Shown here: in pieces, positions 10,771 to 22,688 of the stretch
Layout of the letters: every line of letters begins with the position of its first letter
Position numbering within the stretch: position 1 is the first letter of the stretch
NCBI GenBank assembly: GCA_051942205.1
Contig: JAVECO010000140.1
Location: 1 to 62,815 of the forward strand
Reading direction: 5' to 3'
Source of the DNA: Coniocarpon cinnabarinum
Taxonomy: Eukaryota
Length of the DNA: 62,815 bases
Program-made: the position numbers and the translations under genes
Notes under the pieces: generated by a model
What the model saw: only the letters and a program-made list of their open reading frames with translations
Databases searched by the model: none
What the model was told of the DNA's origin: nothing

Positions 10771-12502
10771 TCATCCGGCCACGTCACCGCCAAAACCTAC
10801 AGGTCTCTTCCCACCTCTTGCAGGCACAATGGCAAGGGCACGGTACAATTTGCCCATCCCATTCGGTCCACGATCAACCAGACGTTTCCACCCAGTCTGG
10901 ATACGCTCTTTGACTGTCGCAGCATCATCGCCGCCCGTGATACCCACTTTACCTTCTCTTTGATCGGCGCTGGCGGCATCGACACCGCCTTCGACTTTGC
11001 TCACTAGCGCCTCCGCTCTCTCACCTCCGCCCATGGTCTCTAGCCAGTACCCCTGATCCACAGGCCCATGGACTTCCACGCCGTCATCAGCATCCAACGC
11101 CGCTTCGACAAGAGCACCGAAATCAACATCTGCGCTCAGATCGACGAGACCCGGTGATTCGAACGGGCTCACGAGCTGGTGATTGCGAATGCCGCGGAGG
11201 GTCGAGACGGGTATGTTCGAGGCAGGGCCATAATCGATGATGAGCGCCGCTCCGGATGGTTCTTTCTTCAGCTGCTTGCTAGGCTGTGCAGGCCTGGATG
11301 TCGGCGTCGCTGATGGCGTTTGCGGTGCATTCCCGACCATGTTCGCGATTTGACTGGCAATGATGCGTGCCGACTCGGAGATTTCAATGGTGGAGCCGGT
11401 CTGTGAGAGAAGGGCTTTGTATCGAGGTGAGAGGCCTGGCAGCAGTCTTGACATGTTCGTGGGCTGCTTAGATACGGAAAGCTCGAACTCGGCGTTGGAC
11501 TCGATTTTGGGCTTGGTGGGTGCGGAGAAAGGAGATGGAGGAGCTACGGGCGTGACGAGGAGCTCGCGCCATTCGTTTTGGGGCGTGTTAGATGAAGAAT
11601 TGCTGGCTGAAGGATTGGCAATGGGTCCTGTCGGCGTCTCGATCGTTTGCTTGGGCTCTTCTCGAGGGACAGACGCGGCCTGGAATGTGTGAATTGGGAG
11701 AGCGTCGAAGAATTCGTGAGCGATGATAAAGGGCGACTTGTCCGATTCCTTGGGAATGAAGTTGAGATCCTCCGTCCAGATAATGTTGGCATTGGGAAGA
11801 AGCTTGCTTTTGCTTGAATGGCCGATCGCATGCTCGTGCAATGGCGAGTCGCCGCAGAGGATGGCGTGTTGTTTCTCACGAAGATTGGGAGACGACTCGA
11901 TCATGTAGATCGTCTCAATGCTCTTTGCCATGGGTTGGAAATTGCGTATAGTCTGCATATCGTCAGCGTCGATGTAGCTACAATTGCCCCAAATGCGCTG
12001 CATAGCCTACTCGTAACACATCACTCAGAAGAGTGCCACGCCCAGGTCCCAACTCGACAAGTTGCAGCCCAGTGCTCTTTCTCCCCTGCGCCATCCATTC
12101 CGCCACGATCCAGATTCCGATGAGTTCCCCAAAAATCTGCGAGATCTCAGGAGAGGTCACGAAGTCGCCTGACTTGCCAAATTGATCTGTGGATGCGGTA
12201 GAGTGGCGAGTGTAGTATCCGCCGAGGTCTGAGGTGAGGCATTGGCGCATGTAATTGGCGATCGAAATCGGTCCAGTGGCCTTCGCGAATCCTCGTTAGG
12301 AGTTCCGTCGCATTTCTCTGGCTGGAGGAGCTCTCACCTGGATAGCCTCAGCCAAAGTCTTCGCCAACGGAGTCGACCACTGTCGATCCGCGATAGAGCT
12401 CTGCCATCTTCGCGACCCCACTCGAGAGCATCCTGAAAGCTGCTGGAGCCGCGCGCCTCGTCGCGAGAGCAATCTACACGCTCGACCTGCGGCTGTACTC
12501 AT
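10771..12502 (-). CDS. NDUFAF7: Mitochondrial protein arginine methyltransferase NDUFAF7/MidA family, 3 exons
   Basis: Arg-rich presequence. Motifs [57 protein letters not shown]. Introns 12281-12337 and 11953-12010. Confidence 0.92.
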
Positions 12503-12643
12503 TCCAGCCTAGAAGAAAGAAGTTCAAGAGTCCCGTCCATCATTGACCACACCTGCGGAGTCATTTCCGCCTTGGTCTCGTTCTCGTATTCTTCACTCAC
12601 ATTGATCTTGACCACAACATTTCTGTGTGTCGAGCATTGCAAG

Positions 12644-14002
12644 ATGGTCGGTGGCTCGCGATGGGCGGATACAGAGCAAGATGCTGCCGCAGATGCTGCG
12701 CGGAAGCAGGAAAAGGAGGAGAAAAAGCGCAAGAAAGCAGAGAAGGCTCGACAGCAGGAAGAGCTGGAGCGGCGACGACGTGAAGAGCAAGTGGCTCGGG
12801 AACAAGCGGCGCGTGAGCGAGTAGGATCAGAAGCAGAGCATCCTACTAAGAGGAGAAAAGTCGAGAACAACACTTCGGCTGAAGATGCAGAGCCTCCGCG
12901 CACCAGGCTATTGCGACCGATAGCTCCAACGTGGAGCCCATGTCGAAGTGTGAATAATTTCGAAGTGCTCAATCACATCGAGGAAGGCTCGTACGGGTGG
13001 GTATCCAGGGCAAAGGAGTCAGCAACGGGTGAGATCGTCGCCGTGAAGAAGCTAAAAGTCGACTCGAGCTTGCGCGAGGGTATACCGGTCACTGGTCTGC
13101 GAGAGATTCAATGTCTGAAAGAGTCGCACCACCAGCACATTGTAAAGCTTAGAGAGGTCGTGACTGGCAGTCAACTGGATCAGGTCTATTTGATCATGGA
13201 ATTTCTGGAGCACGATCTGAAGTCACTACAGGAAGACATGCAGCATCCATTTTCACCCTCCGAGGTCAAAACTTTGACGCAGCAGCTGACATCGGCTGTA
13301 GGATACTTGCACAGTCACTGGATACTCCACCGGGATCTGAAGACTTCCAACATCCTTATGAACAATCGAGGCGAAATCAAGATTGCAGACTTCGGCATGG
13401 CACGGTACTATGGCGATCCAGCACCACCCATGACCCAGCTCGTCGTGACGCTGTGGTATCGGGCACCCGAGCTGCTACTAGGCGCTGAGAAGTATGGCGC
13501 GGCAATCGACATCTGGAGCATAGGTTGTGTCTTCGGCGAGCTCCTAGGTCAGCAACCGCTTCTTCAGGGATCAAATGAAGTCAGACAGCTCTCCGAAATC
13601 TTCGAGCTATGCGGCGTTCCAGATGAGAAGTCGTGGCCAGGCTTCAGAAGACTGCCCAATGCAAAATCCTTGCGTCTACCGCGGTCGCGCACTAACCTGC
13701 TGTCAAGCATTCCGGGTCGTTTCCCGGACCTCACAGAGGCTGGCACTGAGCTATTGGCGACGTTACTGTCAATGAATCCGGCAAAAAGACCTGGTGCGGA
13801 TGAAATATTAGCACATTCTTACTTCGCAGAACACCCGAGGCCTAAGCATCCTGCTCTGTTTCCGAGCTTTCCATCAAAGGCTGGTCAAGAAAAGCGCCGA
13901 CGCCTCGCTAGCCCCAATGCTCCGACACGAGGTGAAGCACCAAAGATTGAGGGCAATAATGCCGACTTTAGTACATTATTCTCGTCTCATAACGGAGGTT
14001 GA
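12644..14002 (+). CDS. CDK11/PITSLRE-like Ser/Thr cyclin-dependent kinase (intronless)
   Basis: IEEGSYGWV, PVTGLREI helix, HRDLKTSN, DFGMAR, VVTLWYRAPE, C-terminal FPSFPSKAGQE. Charged N-terminal coiled coil. Confidence 0.92.
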   Translation: MVGGSRWADTEQDAAADAARKQEKEEKKRKKAEKARQQEELERRRREEQVAREQAARERVGSEAEHPTKRRKVENNTSAEDAEPPRTRLLRPIAPTWSPCRSVNNFEVLNHIEEGSYGWVSRAKESATGEIVAVKKLKVDSSLREGIPVTGLREIQCLKESHHQHIVKLREVVTGSQLDQVYLIMEFLEHDLKSLQEDMQHPFSPSEVKTLTQQLTSAVGYLHSHWILHRDLKTSNILMNNRGEIKIADFGMARYYGDPAPPMTQLVVTLWYRAPELLLGAEKYGAAIDIWSIGCVFGELLGQQPLLQGSNEVRQLSEIFELCGVPDEKSWPGFRRLPNAKSLRLPRSRTNLLSSIPGRFPDLTEAGTELLATLLSMNPAKRPGADEILAHSYFAEHPRPKHPALFPSFPSKAGQEKRRRLASPNAPTRGEAPKIEGNNADFSTLFSSHNGG

Positions 14003-14278
14003 GCGGTGAATATTGTCAAGTCACACCTATCCACGCATTCTTGTGCCTGTCTCCTGCAAAAAGAGGCGAAGAGCAAAGCTGCACTTGCTCCCAGAGGCCA
14101 TTCAGCACGATGGAATGTGAAGACCTAAAGTTGCGTCGAGGTCCACATTATACCCTTCAGACGTGTACAGCCTTGAAACTCTCGTCTGCCAGGGTTCTCG
14201 CGCGGTATGACCAATACCTTGACAGGTCAGGCCCAATGCTCGAGCTGGCATTGAGCTGTGCCAATATCGCTTCACAAG

Positions 14279-15594
14279 CTAAGGTCTCAGCGCTCTGATA
14301 TCAGCTGATGTCTCGCGAGCCTCGACCAGCTCCGACATGACTTTACCAGTCCCGAGCGATTGCGAAATACCCCAAGGGCCATGACCTGGATATTGTCAGC
14401 ATAACCCTTCACATACCATTGATATCATTACCCACCAGCAGCAACGAACACGCCACCTAGGCTACCTCCTTGCGTCCTCAACTGCCCCTTGGCACTCAAT
14501 CTATCGTCAGGAATCCTTCCCAAAATAGGATTACCTCTAGCCACAGGCCGAAAACATAACCCTTCCCTCACAACTTCAAGATCATCCTCAGCACCCGGCA
14601 CGCCTAGCATCTGGGTCGCTACACTCTTCAGCCTCTCAATAGATCTTACATCCGGCTTCGAATTTCCCGCCACGTCCGGCGGCTTCAAGCTTGCGTCATT
14701 CAAACCGGCGATGTATATCTCACCGCCGATTCGACTGAAGATCTCGGGCGAAAAGCCATTTGTGTCCGTCGCGAAGACGGCATGACAGCCTTTTCCTTCG
14801 TGCTCTTTCATCCATCTTGGACTTCGCACAACGAGTGAATGCCCTGCAAGGCTGCTGATTCCCAGGCGTTTCTTCGCATCTGGAAATAGTGTCTCGAAGA
14901 CGCGTCCGCTCCATGCACCCGCCGTGATGACAATTTTTTGACCTTCAATGATTTCCGTTTCCCCAGTCTCATTACTCACCTTGATTCCCTTTATCATACC
15001 TTCCGCGTCCCTTTCTGCGCCCTTTGAGACAACAGGGTTCCTCACTTCCACGCCTTTCCTTCGCACTTCGTCCAAGAGAAACTCACATAATCGGCGTGGA
15101 TCAACCTGCGCGGTACTATCCCCCTCACTCACAACCTCAAGCTCGTCGCCCTCCCGTCTGACCAACCACGCCGGCCCCTTTTCCTCGCCATAGAATTCAT
15201 GAGCGCCACTCACGTCCGCCCGTGATCGGCCCTCCATCAACCAATCATGTCCCCTTTCCTTCTTCCCACCTTTCTGCATTCTCGCATCGCTCGTCAGACT
15301 CGTCCCCGTACTACGACTGTATCCCCAGTTTTCGTGACCATTGTGCTGCTCGGCCAGTTCGCGGTGGAGAGTAAATGACAAAGCGCCTAGTTCCGCGATG
15401 GACGGACTGAACCAGTCTTTTGCCAGGAAGCCGCCGGCGTAGCCCGAGGCAGACGTGAATAGTTGCGGGGACGTGTCCAGGAGGGTTAGTGTCTTGGGGT
15501 TTGTGAAGGGGGACTGGGTGAGGTAGTAGGCTGTTGAGAGGCCGATGATGCCGGCGCCGATGATGATGGTTTTGGGCTCGTTTTCTGTAGCCAT
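14279..15594 (-). CDS. FAD-dependent oxidoreductase, DAO/Tda3-like, 2 exons
   Basis: IIIGAGIIG dinucleotide motif, ASGYAGGFLA, CFRP. An intron (~14387-14434) joins AAG to HGPWGISQSLGTG...ALRP*. Confidence 0.88.
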
Positions 15595-16196
15595 GATCGA
15601 TGACCTCGGAAAGACTGTTTTCAAGCAAAACTACCTTGTCGGAAGTACCCTCCTACTTTCTCTTAATCTACTTCTTGATCGTATATAGGCTCTTTGGTGG
15701 CTTGCATAGGTCTACTGGACGTGAAGATCGGACCTGCCAAACGTGGGGTAACTATAAATGATAGAAATTGACCACCTTGATATGTAATTCACTGTCGAGA
15801 TGCGTGCTTTTGCAATCACTTTTGCTACGTGATGGTTATTACTACGCTTTTCTGTCAAGTGCAGCAACACATGAGTACGAGGGAAGAGCAAGCATCGAAT
15901 CGGCAGAATCTTCGCCGAGAGCTGGAGACGAGTATGAAGAATGTGTAATGGCGCGAAGAAAGCCAGAAACACTGAATGAGCATCGACGAATGTCTACGAT
16001 GGACAGGATGTAGGTAGAAGTAGGGGAATAGATGTGTAATTGAAGACGCCATCTTTTATGGAAGTTGATTCATTCATCATACAATTCGTCCTATCGTTCG
16101 CTTGTGATACAAGGTTTCCTTGTCCTGCACGCCGTGAGGCGTGAGCTTCAATTAGGTCTAACTCCGGCAGGGACCTCCACGAAGAAGCCGGATGAT

Positions 16197-18746
16197 CTAG
16201 AAAAGCCTACGCTCAAGCTGACCTTGGTCATCCCCTCCACCAATCAAGCTTGCATCGCGGGCGTTGGGGTAGAAGAACGCGGCGACTGCGATAATGACAT
16301 ACGCCGCAATCAGCAAGCTGCCCTCGAGGTAATTGCTCCGTCCATCGAGAATCAAAAAGTTAATGACAAACGCCGTAACAAACAGACTGATAGTCTCAAA
16401 GAGGTTGAAGTACAACGTCATGTCCTTGCCCATGATCCAGCCGAGCAGCACGACGACAGGCGTCACAAACAGCGCGATTTGAATACTGGACCCGACAGCC
16501 ACGCCAATGGCTAGATCCATCTTGTTTTTGGCGGCAACCGTGACGGCAGTGACGTGCTCAGCGGCGTTGCCAACAATGGGCAAAACAATGAGACCGATGA
16601 AGGCAAGGCTGACAGATGTATCTGATACCATTTCGGGAATCGCATCAACACCAAGCTCAGCGCAAAAAGCGACGAGACCAGTGGTGCAGAGCAGAAGAAT
16701 AACAGCAGCCGTCCGTGAAAGCTCCGGCTCCTTCTTGTCTTCTGTTCGATCTTTGAGGCCGGCATCTGGGGCGGAAGACACAAGGGCAGATGGATGAGTG
16801 CCAGAGTCATTGTTGGTTAAATCTGAGCGTCCTCGCTGTCCGGATTGAGAAGCCATTCGGGTGGCGGCTGGGCGATTCAGACGATCGGGCAGAGAGCTTG
16901 TGCGGCGAAGTGTGCCGGTTGTGCGATGAGCGATTGAGAATGGGACTGGCCTGGATCCGCCTGGCGTGCGCGTAGCTGGTGGGGGATTGTTGAAGACGTT
17001 GTTTGAGAGCAAGTTGGTTAGAGGTGGTGGGCCAAACCTGGCTCGGGACATTTGACGTGTGAAGCCCCTTCTAGAAGCTGTCGCAGTGAGGTTCTCTCCC
17101 GGCTCGGGCTCATCCTTGAACCCTACACGTGGTTGCTGCGGTGGCTGATTAGGTGCTTGGTTAAAACCGTTCTGATTCCTATCAGTCCCCTTTTCAATTG
17201 GCACCTCGTCCTTGGATGCCTTTCGATGCTTCTTCTTGGACTTCTTGGGCTTTTGTTTGCGCTGTGAACGCGGCGAATGTCTCGACGACCCAGCGTTTTC
17301 AAGTTCAAAGTCTCTGACGTGCGGATCCATCGCACCGCGGTCATTCTCGCCATCCGTATCAGCTTCATCGCCGCTAAACACAGCCCCAGCCGACGCCTGA
17401 GTGTCTTGACGCGGGAGATCAAAGTAGGAGCCTTCTTGGCTTGGCGACGAAGCTAAGTCTTCTTGCAAGCTCTTCTTTTCGCCCTGAATCGACATATTCG
17501 CAGATGGTGGAGAGGCCGTAGTGACCGAACTAGCACTGGACTTGCGCCTGATGCGCTTCTTGACAGCGCGTTTGAGTCGCTTTCCGGCCGTTGCATGTGA
17601 CCCCAGCGAGCTGTCGGAGTCGCTGCTCGATGAACTGCTATCGCTGGAGCTGGAGCTCAGCATGTCCGCAAGCACACCAGGACGTGATTCTTCATCGAGT
17701 ATTTCTTGCGGCGTGCTGGCATACATGTATGCATGAGACTTCAACTGGAATAGGAGGTAGAGAACATAGATGATAAGCAAAATCACACTCGTCCCTCGGC
17801 TGATCTTCACAGTTGCTACGTCTCCCTCGGTCTGGTTCGAGAATGACCATTGGAAAGCCGTCTATGTCTCGGTGTATTAGCGACAGCAATCGCAACGTAA
17901 TGCTGATGTTGCTGGACTTACTGGCAGGAGCAGGCTGACCACACTCAAACTGAGAAGACAAGCACTCATCTGAGTGACGGTGCTGTTGTAGAACTGCTCT
18001 TGATAGCGCAGGCCACCAAAGAGGAACGCCATACCGAGGATCAAGAGCAAGTTGGCCAGGATTGAACCCATGATGGCTGCCTGGACTGTGCTGATTTGAT
18101 CTTTGGCCAGTGCAATGATGAAAATGATCAATTCCACCGCATTGCCGAATGTGACGTTGAGCAATGAAGCCCACGTGTCACCCATCGCACTTGCAACGCA
18201 CTCGGTGGCGTGAGCAAGCAAACCTGCCAGCGGAATGATAGCAACAGCGTTCATTGAGAAGACAATGGTCGGCTTGCTGCTGTGAGGCAAGGGCGCATAT
18301 TCCATGGCGATGCCAATGGGAACAAACACAAGGAGAACATTGATCCAGCTGTGGAATAGAGCATCCTTAAAATGGAGAACGAATCGTACACTACCAGCCT
18401 TGATCCTCTGAGGCCAGGGCGGTTTCTTCACGGTGTCTAAGGGGGCAGCTTCCTTGATCTCGTTTGGGGGGTCGGAGGGCGGTGGTGCTGGAGGGGGTTG
18501 AGGCAGATATCTTGAGTCGGGGACGTTGATGCTTTGCCCGGACTCGATGTCTTTGAGGATCCCATTGTCATGTGCTACTGCTCCCAGAGGGCTTGGTTTG
18601 ACGTGTCGGGACGAAGCTCCAGCGGCGATGGTGCCGGGAGCGGCGTTGTAAGGGTTAGGAGACGCTGAACGGGTATCAGGACCACGGTCGGAGGAGCGAA
18701 GGCGGCCTTTGAAACGCGATAAAGGCGGTTCGTCAGCTTCTTCCAT
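16197..18746 (-). CDS. Vacuolar-type Ca2+/H+ exchanger (CAX/Vcx1 family) with large disordered central loop, 2 exons
   Basis: Alpha repeats FGNAVE and VGNAAEH, GSILANLLL, AVGSSIQIALF, SNYLEG. Intron 17862-17921. Confidence 0.9.
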
Positions 18747-19814
18747 TCACGACCAGCAAAGGTAGTGACGAATAGTGAATGTTGAGAGTGTGTCGAGGAG
18801 CGTGTAGTTGCTGGGACAGCGACGGCGGAAATGCCAAGCAGGATGGAGGGAAAGAGGAATGCCGGGATGGGGAGAAGCGACAGAGAACGTATAAAAAGTG
18901 ACGGGGCGATGAACAAGATGGTTTGGCTGGAAATGTTTGGCTACTGCAAGGAACCGCAGTCTGCTGCTTGCTTCCTCGCATTGACTGGCTTGACTGGCTG
19001 CACGAGGCTTGGCGCGCACGCGTGCTCTCTTCTGACGTAGCTGGGCGTCTGCATGGGGTAATTCGGTATAGCATTGTCTCACCCAAGTCACGTCCAACTC
19101 AATCGACTGGGTTGGCATGTTGGCAACATGAAAGCCTGCAGAACCTGGCTTTAGAGGTACTACCTGTGGAGGGCTCCGTCGGGCTCGAGGATACGGGAGT
19201 CCCGTGACAGCATCAAAGCAGGCATGTCTTGAACCACGCTGATGGACAAGCTTCAGGTCGGCCCACCGGCTCCACCATCATCATCATCATCTCTTCCCTC
19301 GTTTCGCCAACCAGTGAGCCGACTTCCGCTCGACCCGCTCGTGCCCGCCTCTGTTGATGCTGAAACGAAGCCAAATCCAAGTACCCGGCTGCAAGGCATC
19401 ATTGACGTGGGGTCGATCGTCACCCAACCTTCGGCTACCACGCATACGCCGCAAGTGGACACACACCAGGCGCTTCAAATCTTGTAAGAGCGCAGAGGAA
19501 TAGAAGCTTGAGCTCATAGTGCATGTGAGACTCATGTCAATATCAACCTTTGGTTCAAGTTAAAAGTGTCGAAGTGCTTCATACTGTTACATGGATCATG
19601 AGGATTCCTATGCAAGAGGGCATCATGTGCATGTAATGCTTCTAAGTTTGGAAGTGACAACAGCGTCTGTGTTGGGCCGAGGCGCGGTCAAACCGATCCA
19701 TTTTGACTTTGGTGATGCCGCAGCAGCTTGTGTACTTCTAGTGGCACTCATTGGATATCCTCAGCAGATCGCACGGGCAAGCGGTGTCCGACATGCTTCC
19801 AGATTGTTGCTTTG

Positions 19815-20599
19815 TTACGCCCTTACGCGCCGCAGCCGCTCCTCCAGATCGGCCTCTTTCTGTTCGTCAATAGTCATGGATTTGGCTTTCGTCGCAGGTG
19901 TCGTGTCTGGCATCTCCTGGCTCACTTCCAGACCCAACTGGTCCTGTACCCTCCCCATGAGTCTATCCTCAGCTTCGGCATCCGTCGTGCTGGCTGATGC
20001 TTTGTTCATCATATCTTCAAGTCCTTTAGATGTCAAGTCCACATTCTCCGTCTGGGCGTCGAAGTTCTCCATGATATCGTTCACCTGTATAGCAACGTCA
20101 GCGGTGTTCTCGAAGAGTTCGCTAGCTGTCCACAGCCGGAGACCTGCCATACCATTACGGCATCTGTGTCCTTGCCTGCAATCTTGCCGAGATTTATCGT
20201 CACCCTTCTCATGTCTGCTGCTATCTGCTTTGTGGTCGCTGCATCCTTTAATTGGTCAACGATGAAGTCTAGTCTTGACTCCAGGCCCTTTAGACTCTTG
20301 AACTGTCGTTCTTTGCGGACAGCTTTGGCAGCAGCGATGCGTGCAATCTCAGGTCGGCCCTTTTCGAGTTCCTAGATGCAGCGTCGTCAGCATTCATGGA
20401 CCAAGTTCGCGAGAGAGTAGCGCGCATACCTTCTTGACCTCAGCTTCAGCCTTCTTTCTATCTGCTTCCGCCTTATTGGCCCGCTTGAGGGTTTGCTTCT
20501 GTGTGAACTGTGAAAAAGTCAGAAGGTTAAATGCCAATGCGTGTGGCGCACGCAGACCTTTATATCGAAGATAACAGCCTGCAGTCGCTGGTTTGACAT
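19815..20599 (-). CDS. ESCRT-III Snf7-family protein, Did2/Vps46/CHMP1-like (divergent), 4 exons
   Basis: Spliced product MSNQRLQAVIFDIK|FTQKQTLKRANKA...|ELEKGRPEIARIAAAKAVRK...SRLDFIVDQL...|...DRLMGRVQDQLGLE...DLEERLRRVRA. The C-terminus is MIM1-like. Confidence 0.75.
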
Positions 20600-21154
20600 G
20601 CTGAATCAGGCTGTACGCCTTACGGTCCGAGACGCAAAGTGGGGCTAATTGCGCTGATGATTTGCGGAGTTGGGTGAAGAGTTGCTCAAGAAGGCGGAGA
20701 CGTGAAGGTGCGAGATGCGGTTGTTCAGCGAAGCGATGTCACAGCGAAGACGCAATTCAAATTGGATGTTTCAAGCCGCAAGTTGTTCAGAGGTTAAGTG
20801 AGGGGTATGAGCAGAAGAAAGGTGAGAAGGCTGCCTTGTGCTGTTGATTTGCGGCCCCGCGAACGTCACAAGAGGCGGGTCTTGGCAATCCCGCCAAATG
20901 CAAAGGAAGTGTGAGCAAACGCGGTTGACATCTCAGAGTCACTTCTTCTCATATAGACATATAGTCTCTGAAGTCGAAACCTTTTCTAGAGCATAGCTAG
21001 CCAATTGTTCTCAACACAAATCTATTGCGGGTATCTGTGCATTCACGTCAGCCTCCAAACGCCTCGCTACGTTTTGCAGATTGCTGGTATCTTCATAAAC
21101 ACGTCACAAAGCAGTGTCCGTCCTTTCAGGAAGGCGATCACGCTTCCTTCGTAC

Positions 21155-21750
21155 TCATGATGGTCCTTCGTTATATTTCGCGTTCGCGTTTCGAAACAAC
21201 TCCTCTTGTTGCCGAATCAGTTCTTCTTCCGTCAAACCGCTGCGCTCCATCTTGTTCTGCTTTCTTTCACGCCCCTGTATGGGATCAGTCGCATTGTACA
21301 ATCCGTCTCGCTGCATACATGCGCACTTACCGCTTGTTGCTTCTTGAATTCCTCTGCCGCGTCTTGAACCGGATTGATGTACTCTGGAAATCCCAGTTCT
21401 TTCAGCGCGGCTGTGACATGTTCTGGTGCTATGGTCTTTTTGGCATCTTTCTCCGATATTTCGTTTGCTTCCCCAGCAACCATGGTGATGAACTCGACGC
21501 ACGCTTCGGTGAGGTAGTCGCGAAAGTCTTTGGAAGTAGTTAACCCGTCACTTGGAGGAAGGATTTCCGTGAGGATCTTTTGGACGGTGGCTGTACACTG
21601 GTGAGCTTGCTTGCAGCTTGAAAGGCAGCGTGCGCCGTATCGTACCTTTTGGCAGCGACAGATCATCATTACCTGGACCGAACGGCACGTCAACACTATC
21701 CAAGACGCTTTTACCAATCAGAACCTACTGGTAAACTCTTTGTCCGACAT
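21155..21750 (-). CDS. NCB2: Negative cofactor 2 beta subunit (Dr1/Ncb2, histone fold), 4 exons
   Basis: MSDKEF|..NDDLSLPK|ATVQKIL...CVEFITMV..EANEISEKDAKKTIAPEHV..AL..LGF; C-terminal SGLTEEELIRQQEELF. Confidence 0.93.
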
Positions 21751-22238
21751 TGTCGAAGGAAAGATGGCGAGAACAGAACTCCTTGCGCAATAGGCGGGGT
21801 TTGTTGTGGGCGTATTTTGTACCAATTGATGTTGAACATCAAACACCAATGATATGACAAGCAGATGTTTCGGGCCTCGCTGTCCGTCTCGGTGCCGCCG
21901 CCTTAGTATATCAAAATGCTGCCCTAATTTTCAGGCGGAAATTTAGCGCAAATTTATTTTGAAGCGACCACGCAAAAAGTTTCGCCCATAACATTCTTGA
22001 ACTAAGTAAAGACATTCTCCTTCATTCACGCGCCTTTAGCGATGAAATGAATGGTCACCATTTTGTACTTCATGATTCAGCAACCTTGAATTGCGCACAT
22101 CGTGGATCTATCACTCGTACCGCAGAGAATGCCCTCTGGGGTTAGATGTGTTCGCAGTCCCCTTACTGAGTTATCTACAGACACTCTCCGCGCACTGCTT
22201 TGGCAAAGCTGGTAAGTATATCACGACTGATGTCCTTT

Positions 22239-22327
22239 ACATAATGATGAGCAACATGTGTCGCCCCTATCATACCTACATTATGGTGATCGACATGTGC
22301 CAGCCAAACGCACGATATCTGAAATAA
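22239..22327 (+). ncRNA. snR67: Box C/D snoRNA, snR67/U31-like (LSU P-loop Gm2619 guide)
   Basis: Box C ATGATGA 22244-22250; box D CTGA 22319-22322; flanking CTTTA/TAAAG stem. ATGTGTCGCCCC pairs with LSU GGGGCGGCACAU, and a degenerate D' (CATA) puts +5 on the second G. Confidence 0.75.
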
Positions 22328-22479
22328 AGCACACCCATTCTTTACACTCGTCTATGTGGATGACATGCGCTGAATCAGTATTGCAGGGCCTCAATGACGC
22401 TCATCCAGATATGCTAGAAACAGAAGCGTTTCATGAGCGGTACGTGAACGAACTCACTTTTGTTTATGTGGCCTTTCAT

Positions 22480-22562
22480 TCACGATGATGAGCAACAAAA
22501 TGTACTATCAAATACTGAGTTCTAATGACGAGCATCAAATATGGTTCGATTGCCTGAAAAGA
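22480..22562 (+). ncRNA. Box C/D snoRNA with two guides (SSU UAUUUGAUAGUAC; LSU AAUCGAACCAU)
   Basis: C ATGATGA 22485-22491, D' CTGA 22515-22518, C' ATGACGA 22525-22531, D CTGA 22554-22557. Antisense elements GTACTATCAAATA and ATGGTTCGATT. Confidence 0.88.
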
Positions 22563-22688
22563 TTATAACTTTCGAATACGCAAAAAATGGCTTTGATGAG
22601 TGTTGTTCTGACTGTGCTAGCGCTCGACGGCAATTTTGAAAAATTGCAAAGGTATGTATCGCAGCAATTTCATTGATATAAATCAACC

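Noticed and set aside
19591..20265. 224-aa plus-strand ORF and many similar antisense ORFs (e.g. 59722-60393, 8847-9467)
   Set aside because: Shadows of real genes on the opposite strand or non-coding-like composition.
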